64,000 bases of DNA from an uncultured Bacteroidales bacterium (GTDB taxonomy: Bacteria; Bacteroidota; Bacteroidia; Bacteroidales; VadinHA17): contig CAWALO010000022.1 in the NCBI GenBank assembly GCA_963782945.1, positions 801-64,800 of the forward strand. The letters run 5' to 3'. How positions within the stretch are numbered: position 1 is the first letter of the stretch; each line of letters starts with the position of its first letter. This document shows, piece by piece, positions 43,972 to 53,890 of this stretch. The position numbers were made by a program, and so were the translations under genes. The notes under the pieces are model-generated. The model made no database searches. It was not told the origin of the DNA and saw only the letters and a program-made list of their open reading frames with translations.

Positions 43972-46900
43972 TTAGAATTTAAGGTTGATACCAAACTGAT
44001 AGGTTACAGTACTTGGTCCACCCTGGTCACGACTAGCGCCGGCCCATTCAGGATCAAAACCTACATATTTGGTAAAAACGAACGGGTTCAGGATATTGGC
44101 ATATAAATGCAGGGAACTGACCCCCAGCCTGGTTAAGAACTTATCGGGAATAGTATACCCAATAGTTATGTTTTTCACCTTTACATACGAAGCATCCACT
44201 AAATCATAAACATCTCTGTAAAATGCACCAGTTCCACCATTTGTAACCGCATTGGTAGGGTAAGGCATGTCAGAATAATGAGATTCCGGCTGGACAGATA
44301 CCTTTCCCTCAGATGTAAGAATTGGAACACCGCCGGGAATATAATAATCCCAATCCAGGTGCATCCTTCCGCGGTCGCTATAGCCCATATAACGGTTAAT
44401 GAAAGGTGATCTTACCATAAATCCCTGTTTTGCGTATACTGATGCAGAAAGATCCCAGTTTTTGTAGGTTAATGATGTACTAAAGCTTCCTGTCCAACTG
44501 GGTTCAGCAACTCCTAATATTTTCCTGTCTTTATCACCAGTGATTGATCCATCATTGTTAAGATCTTTCATAATTGGCGTTCCTTCGGTCCATCCATATG
44601 TAGCATAATAGTATTCGTAGGCATGGTCGAAAGTAACTACATCACCTGCAGCCCCTGAAAATGTAGTACCATCTTTCAGTTTAGCATTAGTAAGGGCTTT
44701 TGGAAGGGTTACTGTAATTGGTTTATCACTTACCACGCCATCATATACATAACCATAAAATACACCAACAGGTTGGCCAACAAACCATAAGTTACCAAGG
44801 TCCTCGGTTACACCACCGCCATAAAGTTCTTCAATTGAATTTTTATTTTTGGCAAACGAGATGGCTGTCTTCCACATTAAGTCTCTTGTTTTAACATTAA
44901 CAGTATTAATCATTAATTCAAAACCTTTATTACTTACCTTACCAATATTGTCAACCACAGTTGCGCCACCACCAGCTTCTATAGCAAGCTTGCGATCCAT
45001 CAACAATCCGTCGGATACTTTATTGTAGACATCGGTAACAATAGTCACACGATTGTCGAATGCAGAAAAGTCAATACCAAAGTCTATTTCTGATGTTTTT
45101 TCCCATTGAATGGCTGAATTCACGATTCCATTTGGCCCTAAACCATAAGCAATACTCGGTCCATAAGCATAATATGCTGAAGAACTTGCCACGGTAGATG
45201 TTGCATAGTCGTTAACATTATTATTTCCCGACATACCATAGCTCAGACGGAATTTTAAGTCATCCAACCAGTTGTTTTTCAAAAAATCCTCCTCGGAAGC
45301 ACGCCACGCGATAGCAGCAGACGGGAAAGAGCCCCATCTGTAATCTTCTCTAAACCTTGAAGAACCATCGGCCCTTATAGTTGCTGTGACCATGTATCTA
45401 CTCTTGTAGGAGTAATTCAAACGACCGGCATAAGACAACAGGCTATGTTCTGTATACTGACTGGCAGGTGACACAACGACAGCTGCTGATCCCAGATCAT
45501 AAAAAGTAGTGTTCGCCGGGAAATCTTCACCATATGTATCAAATTCTTCCCTGGTATATTTATTCATGCTGATCAATCCCATGGCGTCAAAAGAATGATC
45601 TCCAACATTCAAGGAATAATTAAGCTGGTTATCCCATGTCCAGTCGAACATGTTTGTAATTTCAACTGCGGCCCTATCGGTTTTTTTCGACTGACGTGAC
45701 GAAGTCAGTGCCTCCTCATATAAGAATTCTTTCCCCTGATAAATATTTGGAGACAGGGTAGACTTTAAAGTCAAATTCTTTATTGGAGTAAAAGCCAGGA
45801 ATACATTACCCAGAATATTAAGTTTCTGGGCTCCGTTAATTGTATTTTCCATATCGATCAAAGGATTGACCATTGAGGAAAACTGACCTCCAGCTGTCGA
45901 ACCAGTAGCAACCGCACTACCTGGTTGGAAAATCAGATTGCCATCTTCATCTCTGGGGATAAAGTATGGGTTACAATAGAATGCCTGATCAGCTCCTGTG
46001 TCGCTTCCCCATTCGTCAGTAGTACGAGCCAGGTTCAAAGACATCCCTGCTGCAACCACTTTATTGATTTGGGTTTGGATTGCCGCTTTGAAGTTAATCC
46101 GGTTTTCATTATCTTTCAGGTAGATACCTTCATCTTGTTGATAACCAATGCCAAAATGATAATTTGAATTGTCTGTCGACCCGCTGACACTCATGTAATG
46201 GTTTTGTTGCATTGCATTCTGTGTCACCAGATCCATCCAGTTGTATTCTTCACCGTCTGCCATTAATCTTTCAATATTTGACATACCGGTTCCACTGGGG
46301 TAATACAAATCCCAATAATCCGGCCCTACCTGTTGAATACCATTAACATCCAGTATGGGGTCATAGTTGAGCAGTAACACAAGTCTGGTGTTAGGATTTA
46401 TATAATTAAGGGATCCATCCCCGGGATTATTTGCTGCCTGTGTGTAACGGGCAAAACGATATTGCATGAATTCCATCCCAGTCTGAAAATCGGGCATACG
46501 GGTTTTCCTGCGCATGCCGACATAACCATCATAGGAGATAACCGGTTTTGTGGCTTTATAACCCAGTCCTTTTCCCGATTTGGTGGTGACCATAACTACC
46601 CCTTCGGAAGCACGTGAACCATAAATGGCAGTAGACGAAGCATCTTTTAAAATATCAATACGTTCGATATCTGCAGGGTTAAGCATCTGAATATTGCTGA
46701 CAACGAGCCCATCTACTACATAAAGTGGGCCAGCGCTGTTTCCTATAGATTGTATCCCTCGAATCTGAATGTCAAAACCACCACCGGCACGACTACTATT
46801 CTGCGTTATAGAAACTCCCGGTACTTCTCCCTGGATCGATTCCAACAAGGTTGCTGTTCCTTTGGTAACAATGGCATCGGTGCTGATAGATCCTACTGAT

Positions 46901-47343
46901 CCGGTTAGGTCGGCTTTCTTCATTGTGCCATACCCAACCACAACTACTTCTTCAAGCAATTCGATATCAGCAACCATTGTCACATTTATCACCAACTGTG
47001 TTCCAACGATGATTTCCTGTGCTATGTACCCGATAGAACTGAATACAAGTATCGATGTCGTGGATGGAACATCTATACTGAAATTCCCGTTCGCATCACT
47101 TATTGTTCCACTTAAAGTTCCTTTAACTGTTACGTTGACACCAGGTAATCCTTCTGAGGTATCATCTGCTGTAACCTTGCCCGTTACTTTAATCGGAACT
47201 TGTTGAGTCTCGACTGCTCCCGGCTTAGCCCCAACTTCTGATGCAGAGGCTGACATAGTACCCCAGATAGCAAACTGTAGGAATATTCCACAGGCAGCAA
47301 TCCGGGATAAAAATTTTAAACTCTTCAAAATTTTTACTTTCAT
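43972..47343 (-). CDS. susC: SusC/RagA-family TonB-dependent transporter
   Basis: LPGVNV.VKGT, LEEVVVVGYG, PLYVVDG, ILKDASSTAIYGSRA, ADGSSRF and WEK motifs; terminal Phe. Confidence 0.95.
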   Translation of the reverse strand: MKVKILKSLKFLSRIAACGIFLQFAIWGTMSASASEVGAKPGAVETQQVPIKVTGKVTADDTSEGLPGVNVTVKGTLSGTISDANGNFSIDVPSTTSILVFSSIGYIAQEIIVGTQLVINVTMVADIELLEEVVVVGYGTMKKADLTGSVGSISTDAIVTKGTATLLESIQGEVPGVSITQNSSRAGGGFDIQIRGIQSIGNSAGPLYVVDGLVVSNIQMLNPADIERIDILKDASSTAIYGSRASEGVVMVTTKSGKGLGYKATKPVISYDGYVGMRRKTRMPDFQTGMEFMQYRFARYTQAANNPGDGSLNYINPNTRLVLLLNYDPILDVNGIQQVGPDYWDLYYPSGTGMSNIERLMADGEEYNWMDLVTQNAMQQNHYMSVSGSTDNSNYHFGIGYQQDEGIYLKDNENRINFKAAIQTQINKVVAAGMSLNLARTTDEWGSDTGADQAFYCNPYFIPRDEDGNLIFQPGSAVATGSTAGGQFSSMVNPLIDMENTINGAQKLNILGNVFLAFTPIKNLTLKSTLSPNIYQGKEFLYEEALTSSRQSKKTDRAAVEITNMFDWTWDNQLNYSLNVGDHSFDAMGLISMNKYTREEFDTYGEDFPANTTFYDLGSAAVVVSPASQYTEHSLLSYAGRLNYSYKSRYMVTATIRADGSSRFREDYRWGSFPSAAIAWRASEEDFLKNNWLDDLKFRLSYGMSGNNNVNDYATSTVASSSAYYAYGPSIAYGLGPNGIVNSAIQWEKTSEIDFGIDFSAFDNRVTIVTDVYNKVSDGLLMDRKLAIEAGGGATVVDNIGKVSNKGFELMINTVNVKTRDLMWKTAISFAKNKNSIEELYGGGVTEDLGNLWFVGQPVGVFYGYVYDGVVSDKPITVTLPKALTNAKLKDGTTFSGAAGDVVTFDHAYEYYYATYGWTEGTPIMKDLNNDGSITGDKDRKILGVAEPSWTGSFSTSLTYKNWDLSASVYAKQGFMVRSPFINRYMGYSDRGRMHLDWDYYIPGGVPILTSEGKVSVQPESHYSDMPYPTNAVTNGGTGAFYRDVYDLVDASYVKVKNITIGYTIPDKFLTRLGVSSLHLYANILNPFVFTKYVGFDPEWAGASRDQGGPSTVTYQFGINLKF

Positions 47344-47446
47344 AGGTTTAGTGATAAGGTTATTAAATAATGGTTAAAGAAATTGATTGATTTTCATAGT
47401 CGATAATATCTCGTATAATTGTCTTATAAATGAATCAGTACGCAAA

Positions 47447-47477
47447 CAAATATAAAATATAAATAAATAAAAACAAA
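47447..47477 (-). promoter_or_regulatory. Bacteroidota primary-sigma promoter of susC
   Basis: TTTG (47474-47477), 19 nt spacer, TATATTTG (47447-47454): matches the -33/-7 consensus. Confidence 0.65.
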
Positions 47478-47780
47478 ATATAAGAAAGCTAAAACAAATA
47501 AAAATAATAATAATAATGATATAATTATTGGAATGCATATTACGATAAACATATAAATATGTATATGTATATCAATTGAATAACAGAATTATAAATTAAT
47601 ATTCCCGTGATTTGCGGAATGAAATGTTTTTGATTAAAAGTGTGGCAGTAGTAATTTACGTATATTTATTTTTACTTTTACAGTAAAGATTCAGTAAAAA
47701 GCCCGGTAACCTTCCGTGCACCATAGCCGCTCAGATGTGTAGAATCCTTAGCGTTGTGTATGCCAGGATAATCCCCGGGA

Positions 47781-48490
47781 TTATTTTGTTACCGTTGCTA
47801 TTACACGCTGGTAGCGTGTCAGACGAGGAGTATCATGGTCTGTTACTGCCAGAATTATATGCATTGTGCCTGTATCAGATAATATTCGTGTTCTGGGCAC
47901 ATCAAAACAGGCTTCAGGCTGATCGTAATCATGAATCTCTACAGGATATCCGCTTCGTGAATTTGAAACAAACTCCCTGACTTCATTTTCCGACCTTGTT
48001 TCCCTGACTTTCCACAGGGCTTGTTCCAGTATGTTGGGCCCACCCCAGACTGTTACCCATAAAGGGCGGGGATCCTTTTTATCTACAGCTTTGATTAATA
48101 GTCCTGATGCAGGCGAATCTTTTCCTTTTCCCACAGCCGCTATCCCATATTGCGGAAGACCCTCGGTAATTTTAGAAAGCAAATAATCACCGGAAGGAAG
48201 TCCACCTTCATGCTTTTCCAGATTTTCCCATACCTTTGTTATATACTTCAACGATTTCTCTTATCCGCCAGACAGCAACTTTATCCTGCTGATGTACAGA
48301 GGTAATTGCGGCCATACCTTCTATTTCAAACTGATTGGCATAGACCTGAAAACGAACCACCGGCATGGCGTCGTCAGGTTTGTTCTCTATATCAGTAAGC
48401 ACGAATACCCTTGGCTTTTCTGAAGCTTAAGCGAAGCTAAACACTGCAATTGATATAATTAATACCAATGTCACTTTTCTAATGATGCAG
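47781..48490 (-). pseudogene. Decayed DUF1593 gene, paralog of 33067-34503
   Basis: Signal peptide with in-frame stop, [14 protein letters not shown], a frameshift near 48240, and a deletion joining EVREFV directly to SNSRSGYPVEI of the C-terminal domain. Confidence 0.85.
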
Positions 48491-48514
48491 CATCCTGAAA
48501 AATTGCTTTTTGTT

Positions 48515-48740
48515 CTCATCTTATAATATTTTTCCAGTAAATAGAGAGGACTGGCCCCCCAGGCATCGCACAGGCTTTTACCGTATGGGCGTCCGTACAT
48601 GGCCAGCTGCTTTGGATGCCCCTCATCCGGATTATATTTTTCCCAGAAAGATGTGGCTCCCTGGGCAAATACCGTTTCTAAAGATAGATGTTAAAAAAAA
48701 CAGAAAAAAAACAAATGTTTCTATCTTTTTGAAGATGATT
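48515..48740 (-). pseudogene. GH78 rhamnosidase remnant (not in the ORF track)
   Basis: Minus strand reads FAQGATSFWEKYNPDEGHPKQLAMYGRPYGKSLCDAWGASPLYLLEKY versus intact GATSFWEKYNPHEKNPEFLAMYGRPFGKSLCHAWGASPIYLLGKY; preceded by a decayed hydrophobic leader. Confidence 0.8.
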
Positions 48741-48751
48741 TATAGTCGTTA

Positions 48752-50122
48752 TCATTTCGCCGGCCATTCGCTTTTCAGAAGATAATGGAAAGTACTGTTA
48801 ACCGAATTACTTTTAGCTTTTTGTACTTCAATTTTATCATTTTGCAACAACCGGATCATTTCTGCACCGGCATATAGTACCGGGCCATAGCCATGAGTAG
48901 CATAAATGCTTTTACCACGATTGTAGTAATATGTGTTGTCATGAGCAAAAGTGGTTCCTTCACAAGTACCATCCACAGCACCATTGTCAAGTACTCGGGT
49001 TGTGATGGCATTCCAGCCTGTAAGTGCAACCGGACCGTAAACATGACTGATCCAATCCTCATTTATGCCCTTGGCAATTGCGAAGGTGAACATGGCCGTG
49101 CATGATGTTTCGAGGTATGTATCTGTTTTGTCGAGCATATTGTGCCAGAACCCGGTACCATCCTGAAGACCTGCAAGAGTGCGGACCATCGAACGGTATA
49201 AGTGCAGTATTTCGTCCCTTCCTTTATAGTTTTCAGGCAGGACGTCCAATAATTCCGCCATAGCCATTAATGTCCAGCCACATGCACGTCCCCAGTAGAA
49301 ACGGGGATCATATTTACCGGAAATCACGCTCCAGCCATGATCAAACAGTTCTTTTTCAGGGATATAGAGCCTGGCGGCCATCTGCAGTACCTGCTTTACG
49401 GCATCATCAAAGTACTTATTATCTTTTGTCAGCACTCCCATATTCGCAAGAAAAGGGACGCTCATATACATATCGTCGGACCATACCGACTGGTATTGCG
49501 GGCGATGACGCGCAAGCGTGCCATCCTCCAACCGGAACTGCTTGTTTGATATATAATCAGCGATTGTATTTATAAGCTCCAGATAAGCATCATTCTTATT
49601 CTTTAAATAGGTTTTAATCATTGCCGCCCCTATAGATCCGCAATCATCCAGCGCCTCAAAATCAGGAGTCCTTCCCCAGCCACCCCTTGCTTCACTGCCA
49701 AATTTCTCACGGTTCTTAATGAAATAAGGAAGTGTTTCTATGACCAGATCAAAATACCTGGTATTATTGGCAAAGAATTCCGGGTCTCCTGTGATATCGT
49801 CGATATATTCGAAAGCAGAGAAAACCACTCCGTTCGTATAGGACCATTCGCTGGCGATCCCGCCCGGAATATATGCATTTTTATTAGGCCTTGTCAGGTC
49901 AGTAATCACTTGCCCGGTTTCAAAATCGACAATTTTCAATTCGCTTGTTGACTCATAATAGATCCTTACACGGTTCAGAACCTCCTTGATACTTTCTGCC
50001 GTTGGATATTCATATGGCACCTTATATTCAGGGATTCGACTTACAGCAGTTTCCTGTGCTGACAATCCTGTGTTGATTAGTGCCAGTGAAAGAAGGCACA
50101 GATACAATTTACTCTTATACAT
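48752..50122 (-). CDS. GH105 unsaturated (rhamno)galacturonyl hydrolase
   Basis: WSYTNGV, LDDCG, WSDDMYMSVPFL, HGW, WGRACGW, GFWH and ETSCTAMF motifs; signal peptide. Confidence 0.9.
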   Translation of the reverse strand: MYKSKLYLCLLSLALINTGLSAQETAVSRIPEYKVPYEYPTAESIKEVLNRVRIYYESTSELKIVDFETGQVITDLTRPNKNAYIPGGIASEWSYTNGVVFSAFEYIDDITGDPEFFANNTRYFDLVIETLPYFIKNREKFGSEARGGWGRTPDFEALDDCGSIGAAMIKTYLKNKNDAYLELINTIADYISNKQFRLEDGTLARHRPQYQSVWSDDMYMSVPFLANMGVLTKDNKYFDDAVKQVLQMAARLYIPEKELFDHGWSVISGKYDPRFYWGRACGWTLMAMAELLDVLPENYKGRDEILHLYRSMVRTLAGLQDGTGFWHNMLDKTDTYLETSCTAMFTFAIAKGINEDWISHVYGPVALTGWNAITTRVLDNGAVDGTCEGTTFAHDNTYYYNRGKSIYATHGYGPVLYAGAEMIRLLQNDKIEVQKAKSNSVNSTFHYLLKSEWPAK

Positions 50123-50180
50123 TGGTATTAATTTTAATAGTATAATTTATATGATCTTCTGTTTTTAATATAATCGCAAA

Positions 50181-50993
50181 TTATTTAATAACACCTTCAT
50201 TTGGTGAGGGAAGGATCTTTATCAATTCCTGAAAATACATGACAGCCATTTTCCTATTCCCCGAATCATTAGGGTGATACCTGTCATGATCAACACCCGG
50301 GAATCTCGTTCCCAGCATATCGCCTCCCTCGTAAGGAGGATTTGCGTCAGGATCAGGAAAGTTATCAGTATAATCCAGCCCGGCACCTTTTTCCATATCT
50401 ACGAGGATGATCCTTATTCTGTCTCCTGCTCGGGCATCGACCATCCTGGTAACCTCATTATTAAACCTGGTGGTGGGTGCCTGATCCTCCACGGCAAACC
50501 GGTTTATGATCAGGCTCAGGAGTACAGTGACAGTGTGATTGTTCTTAACTGAAAAGCTGTCAATCATGTTGAGCATCTCCTCGACCTGCCGTGGTTTTTC
50601 GTCCCAGTCTTTGCCGTTTGTGCCAACGTGAACGAGCAGAATATCAGGATTATAAGATTTAAGCGCAATTCTAAGCCTGCCTCTTATTTCCGGGATTTTC
50701 CACCCCGGATAGGCCTCACAGTTCCAGTCGTACCAGTCCTTATTCCCTCTTGGCCTGATGCCATGGTTTTGCGAACCAACAAAATCCACCTCATAACCGG
50801 CTTCAGTAAGCATCTCAAAGAGATATTTCCGGTAGCCCGTACGCTCCTCAATGGAAGGAAATCCATAATGTTCTCCGGCAGTAATTGAGTTTCCTACCGG
50901 CATGATCTTAATCGTATCGACAACTCCATACAAATTACCGGAGATGATAAAAAAAAGGCAAATAGGCAGAATAGCTTTCATCTTATTTATCAA
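50181..50993 (-). CDS. SGNH/GDSL hydrolase, putative carbohydrate esterase
   Basis: IMPVGNSIT (block I), GW, HVGTN (block III), DRYHPN (block V); signal peptide. Confidence 0.8.
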   Translation of the reverse strand: MINKMKAILPICLFFIISGNLYGVVDTIKIMPVGNSITAGEHYGFPSIEERTGYRKYLFEMLTEAGYEVDFVGSQNHGIRPRGNKDWYDWNCEAYPGWKIPEIRGRLRIALKSYNPDILLVHVGTNGKDWDEKPRQVEEMLNMIDSFSVKNNHTVTVLLSLIINRFAVEDQAPTTRFNNEVTRMVDARAGDRIRIILVDMEKGAGLDYTDNFPDPDANPPYEGGDMLGTRFPGVDHDRYHPNDSGNRKMAVMYFQELIKILPSPNEGVIK

Positions 50994-51002
50994 AAAATGG
51001 TT

Positions 51003-52463
51003 CTATGGTCTGGTCCTGACTATAATCCGCTGGTAACGCGTTAATTCAGGAGTACCATTGTCTTTTACTTCACAGACAATATGAATAGTTTGTCCTGCTT
51101 CCATATCAGCCGGAAAAGACAACGAAGCTTTCCGGTCTGTTTCATTCCTGATAGTAACCTTTCCGGGATAGGTATCTGCCTCCTCATACTGCCACCAGGT
51201 AAAGCTAAGTTTATCTTTATCGGGATCATATGTCCCTGCTGCATTCAGCTCTACTTCTTCTCCAGGTTTCGCAGTAATGTTGAGATCGTTCTTTAGTATT
51301 ATCACCGGAGGATGGTTTGTTTCAGATAAAGGTAATACACACCAGTCAGCCCGTGCCGCGAAGTCGTTCTGCATTGCATCCGACCAACGCCAAATTGGTT
51401 TAAAGTATTCCTTATATTGCTCGTTGGCAACAGATGTTGCTCCTCCTCTCGTCATATGCCGACCCCAGGCTGAACCGGTATACCAGCGGCCTTCAGGATA
51501 CTCATAACCCGAAACAGGAACAGGATCGAGCCAGGTATTCTCACGTACCAGGACATAGCGTCCTCCCCAGCCGCCCCAATCTGGAGATTCCATGTTCCGC
51601 AAACCGGTCACGATGTTATGAAGAAAGGATGGTGAGTCTCCTTCAGAACGGAAATCACCATCATCAAATCCTTCTTCTCCTTCAGTATGTGCCTTATAAA
51701 GTGAACAAAGCGGGCCATGGTTATGCAATATATTTTCCTTCATCCAGGCGGCGGTGAAATACTGATACATCGGTTCAGGCTGGATCCCTTTCCAGCGGTA
51801 TGCAATTGCCTCAAACTGGTCTGATATAATTGTCAGAATATTATACTTGCCCCACTGTGGCCTGATATATGTCTGGTAAGTGGAATCCTGTTCCCAGATA
51901 AAGAAGAACCTTATTTTCCGGGCCACTTCAGCCATTTTTTCCGGATGCTCCTCCTCAATTGTTTTCAGCGCCCTTGCAATTGTGTTGGTCCCGCCCCAGG
52001 CCTGGATCCACACCGGCCGGGCGTCTGTTTCATCAAGAAGAACCTTTACTATATGCCTTGATCCGGGAGTGATTGAGTCCATTTCACCTTCTGTTTCCAC
52101 ATTCCCGAGGAAAGTGACCGATCTCAAATATTCCGGTGAAGGATAATTACCGTCGTGTAAAACCAGATTTGGATATACCTTCTCGTAGACATCCAGGTAT
52201 GGATCGATCCAGTCGTCGCCGGCCCATCTGTGACCATGCCAGTGATACTGCGAACTTGATGTGATTATCCCCTCAACATCCCATTCATTGGTGTACAGGA
52301 GAAATCTCACCATAGAGCATTCATCGTCAATTTCACCGTCTGATGTAACGATAACTCTTGGTTTCATATCTGTGTCAGAAGCTTTAACCTGCCGGGTAGG
52401 ATTACTGGAACATGCACAAAGTATTATTATACAGAATAACGGAAGGAGCAGGATGTTTTTCAT
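51003..52463 (-). CDS. DUF1593 nucleoside-hydrolase-like lipoprotein with Ig-like domain, copy 5
   Basis: [55 protein letters not shown]; lipobox CAC. Confidence 0.88.
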   Translation of the reverse strand: MKNILLLPLFCIIILCACSSNPTRQVKASDTDMKPRVIVTSDGEIDDECSMVRFLLYTNEWDVEGIITSSSQYHWHGHRWAGDDWIDPYLDVYEKVYPNLVLHDGNYPSPEYLRSVTFLGNVETEGEMDSITPGSRHIVKVLLDETDARPVWIQAWGGTNTIARALKTIEEEHPEKMAEVARKIRFFFIWEQDSTYQTYIRPQWGKYNILTIISDQFEAIAYRWKGIQPEPMYQYFTAAWMKENILHNHGPLCSLYKAHTEGEEGFDDGDFRSEGDSPSFLHNIVTGLRNMESPDWGGWGGRYVLVRENTWLDPVPVSGYEYPEGRWYTGSAWGRHMTRGGATSVANEQYKEYFKPIWRWSDAMQNDFAARADWCVLPLSETNHPPVIILKNDLNITAKPGEEVELNAAGTYDPDKDKLSFTWWQYEEADTYPGKVTIRNETDRKASLSFPADMEAGQTIHIVCEVKDNGTPELTRYQRIIVRTRP

Positions 52464-52498
52464 GATCTGTAAAATTTTCTGATATGTAATGTGAAATT

Positions 52499-53878
52499 TT
52501 ATTTGATACTGTTTAAATACCTTTCCAGCATTGTATAACCATCCGGATCTATCTTATTTCTATCTTCCGGATTCCTTTTATCCAGTTTATTCTGATCCTC
52601 CCATAAATCAGGCATCCCATCATGGTCCGCATCAGCCGGCGCAGGAGAGCTTTTATGCTCGGGCCACCCACCCACATCTTCTTGTGTATCAATAATGCCG
52701 CATACTATTAAAGAATCAAATACCTGGTGTTCTTTTTTGTAGCTTTTACCTTCGTAGGTAGCATATCCATCCTTCACTTCATTAATAATACGCTCATCAA
52801 TCATATCTCTTTTTGGCATGTTAGCACCGGCATTTTTAAGAACGGATAGAAAGGCTTCTCCTGCTGTTTGTTCATTAATAGGCATCGAAGGCCAGGGTTC
52901 TTCAAGTTTAATTTCATCAAAAGAAAGTTCTGTTTGCACCCCTCCATTCCAGTTATCAGTCGAAACTTCTTTATTGCCTTCAACTGTATTTTCTGCTATA
53001 TACCATTTCCCATGGTCATCTTCACTTCTGAATGACGGGTTTGCAATTCTATACATTACCTCACCTGGTCTGGTTGCTGGTCCGGATTTATAATAGTTGG
53101 AAACAATATTGAAGTTTGAGAAATTGAATTTATCATTTCCTTGTTGATACTTTTCACCACCGTATAAACTCTGATAGCCCCAATTATAAATTACATTATT
53201 CCTATAATCGGTATTTCCGCAACCGGAGGCCATACGAGGATTTCGGCTTGAATGGTGCGCCAATAGATTGTGATGATATGTTCCATAATTGCTTCCCCAG
53301 ATGCCTCCGAAACCATGTGAGCCTTTAACATGATTCGATTTGCTCATACTTTCTGAGATAATGCACCATTGAACAGTTATACTGTCGCAATGATAAACCG
53401 ACAGGCATTCATCGACACTCCAGCTTGCCGAAACATGGTCTAAAATAATATGTTTAACGTATCTGGCCGACACTGCATCATAGTCATCCCCGGACTCATC
53501 ACCTAATCTAACCCGTAAGTATCTTACAATCACATGGTCAGCTCCAATATTAAGAGGGTGCCTTCGAATGCATATACCGTCACCGGGAGCTGTCTGCCCT
53601 GCAATTGTAATATAAGGATGCCTGATGGTTAGCGGGCTTTCGAGAATTATTGTCCCTGATACCCTGAAAACAACGGTTCGTGGTCCGGAGGCTTCAACAG
53701 CCGCTCTCAGACTTCCTGGACCGTTATCATTTAAATTCGTTACCTCGTAAACGGCTCCTCCACGCCCGCCCTTTGCATACTTTCCATAACCTTCAGCGGT
53801 TGGAAATGCCAGTTGTTGAGCATTATTGCACGATACGAAAAATATTAGAAACAGAATTCCCGCTAAAATTGGTTTCAT
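52499..53878 (-). CDS. Pectate lyase, PL1 (Bacteroidota type), lipoprotein
   Basis: AFPTAEGYG...GGRGG, GPGSLR, TIAGQTAPGDG, IILDHVSASWSVDE, SRNPR; C-terminal DADHDGMPDLWE. Confidence 0.9.
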   Translation of the reverse strand: MKPILAGILFLIFFVSCNNAQQLAFPTAEGYGKYAKGGRGGAVYEVTNLNDNGPGSLRAAVEASGPRTVVFRVSGTIILESPLTIRHPYITIAGQTAPGDGICIRRHPLNIGADHVIVRYLRVRLGDESGDDYDAVSARYVKHIILDHVSASWSVDECLSVYHCDSITVQWCIISESMSKSNHVKGSHGFGGIWGSNYGTYHHNLLAHHSSRNPRMASGCGNTDYRNNVIYNWGYQSLYGGEKYQQGNDKFNFSNFNIVSNYYKSGPATRPGEVMYRIANPSFRSEDDHGKWYIAENTVEGNKEVSTDNWNGGVQTELSFDEIKLEEPWPSMPINEQTAGEAFLSVLKNAGANMPKRDMIDERIINEVKDGYATYEGKSYKKEHQVFDSLIVCGIIDTQEDVGGWPEHKSSPAPADADHDGMPDLWEDQNKLDKRNPEDRNKIDPDGYTMLERYLNSIK

Positions 53879-53890
53879 AAGCTTTATTTA

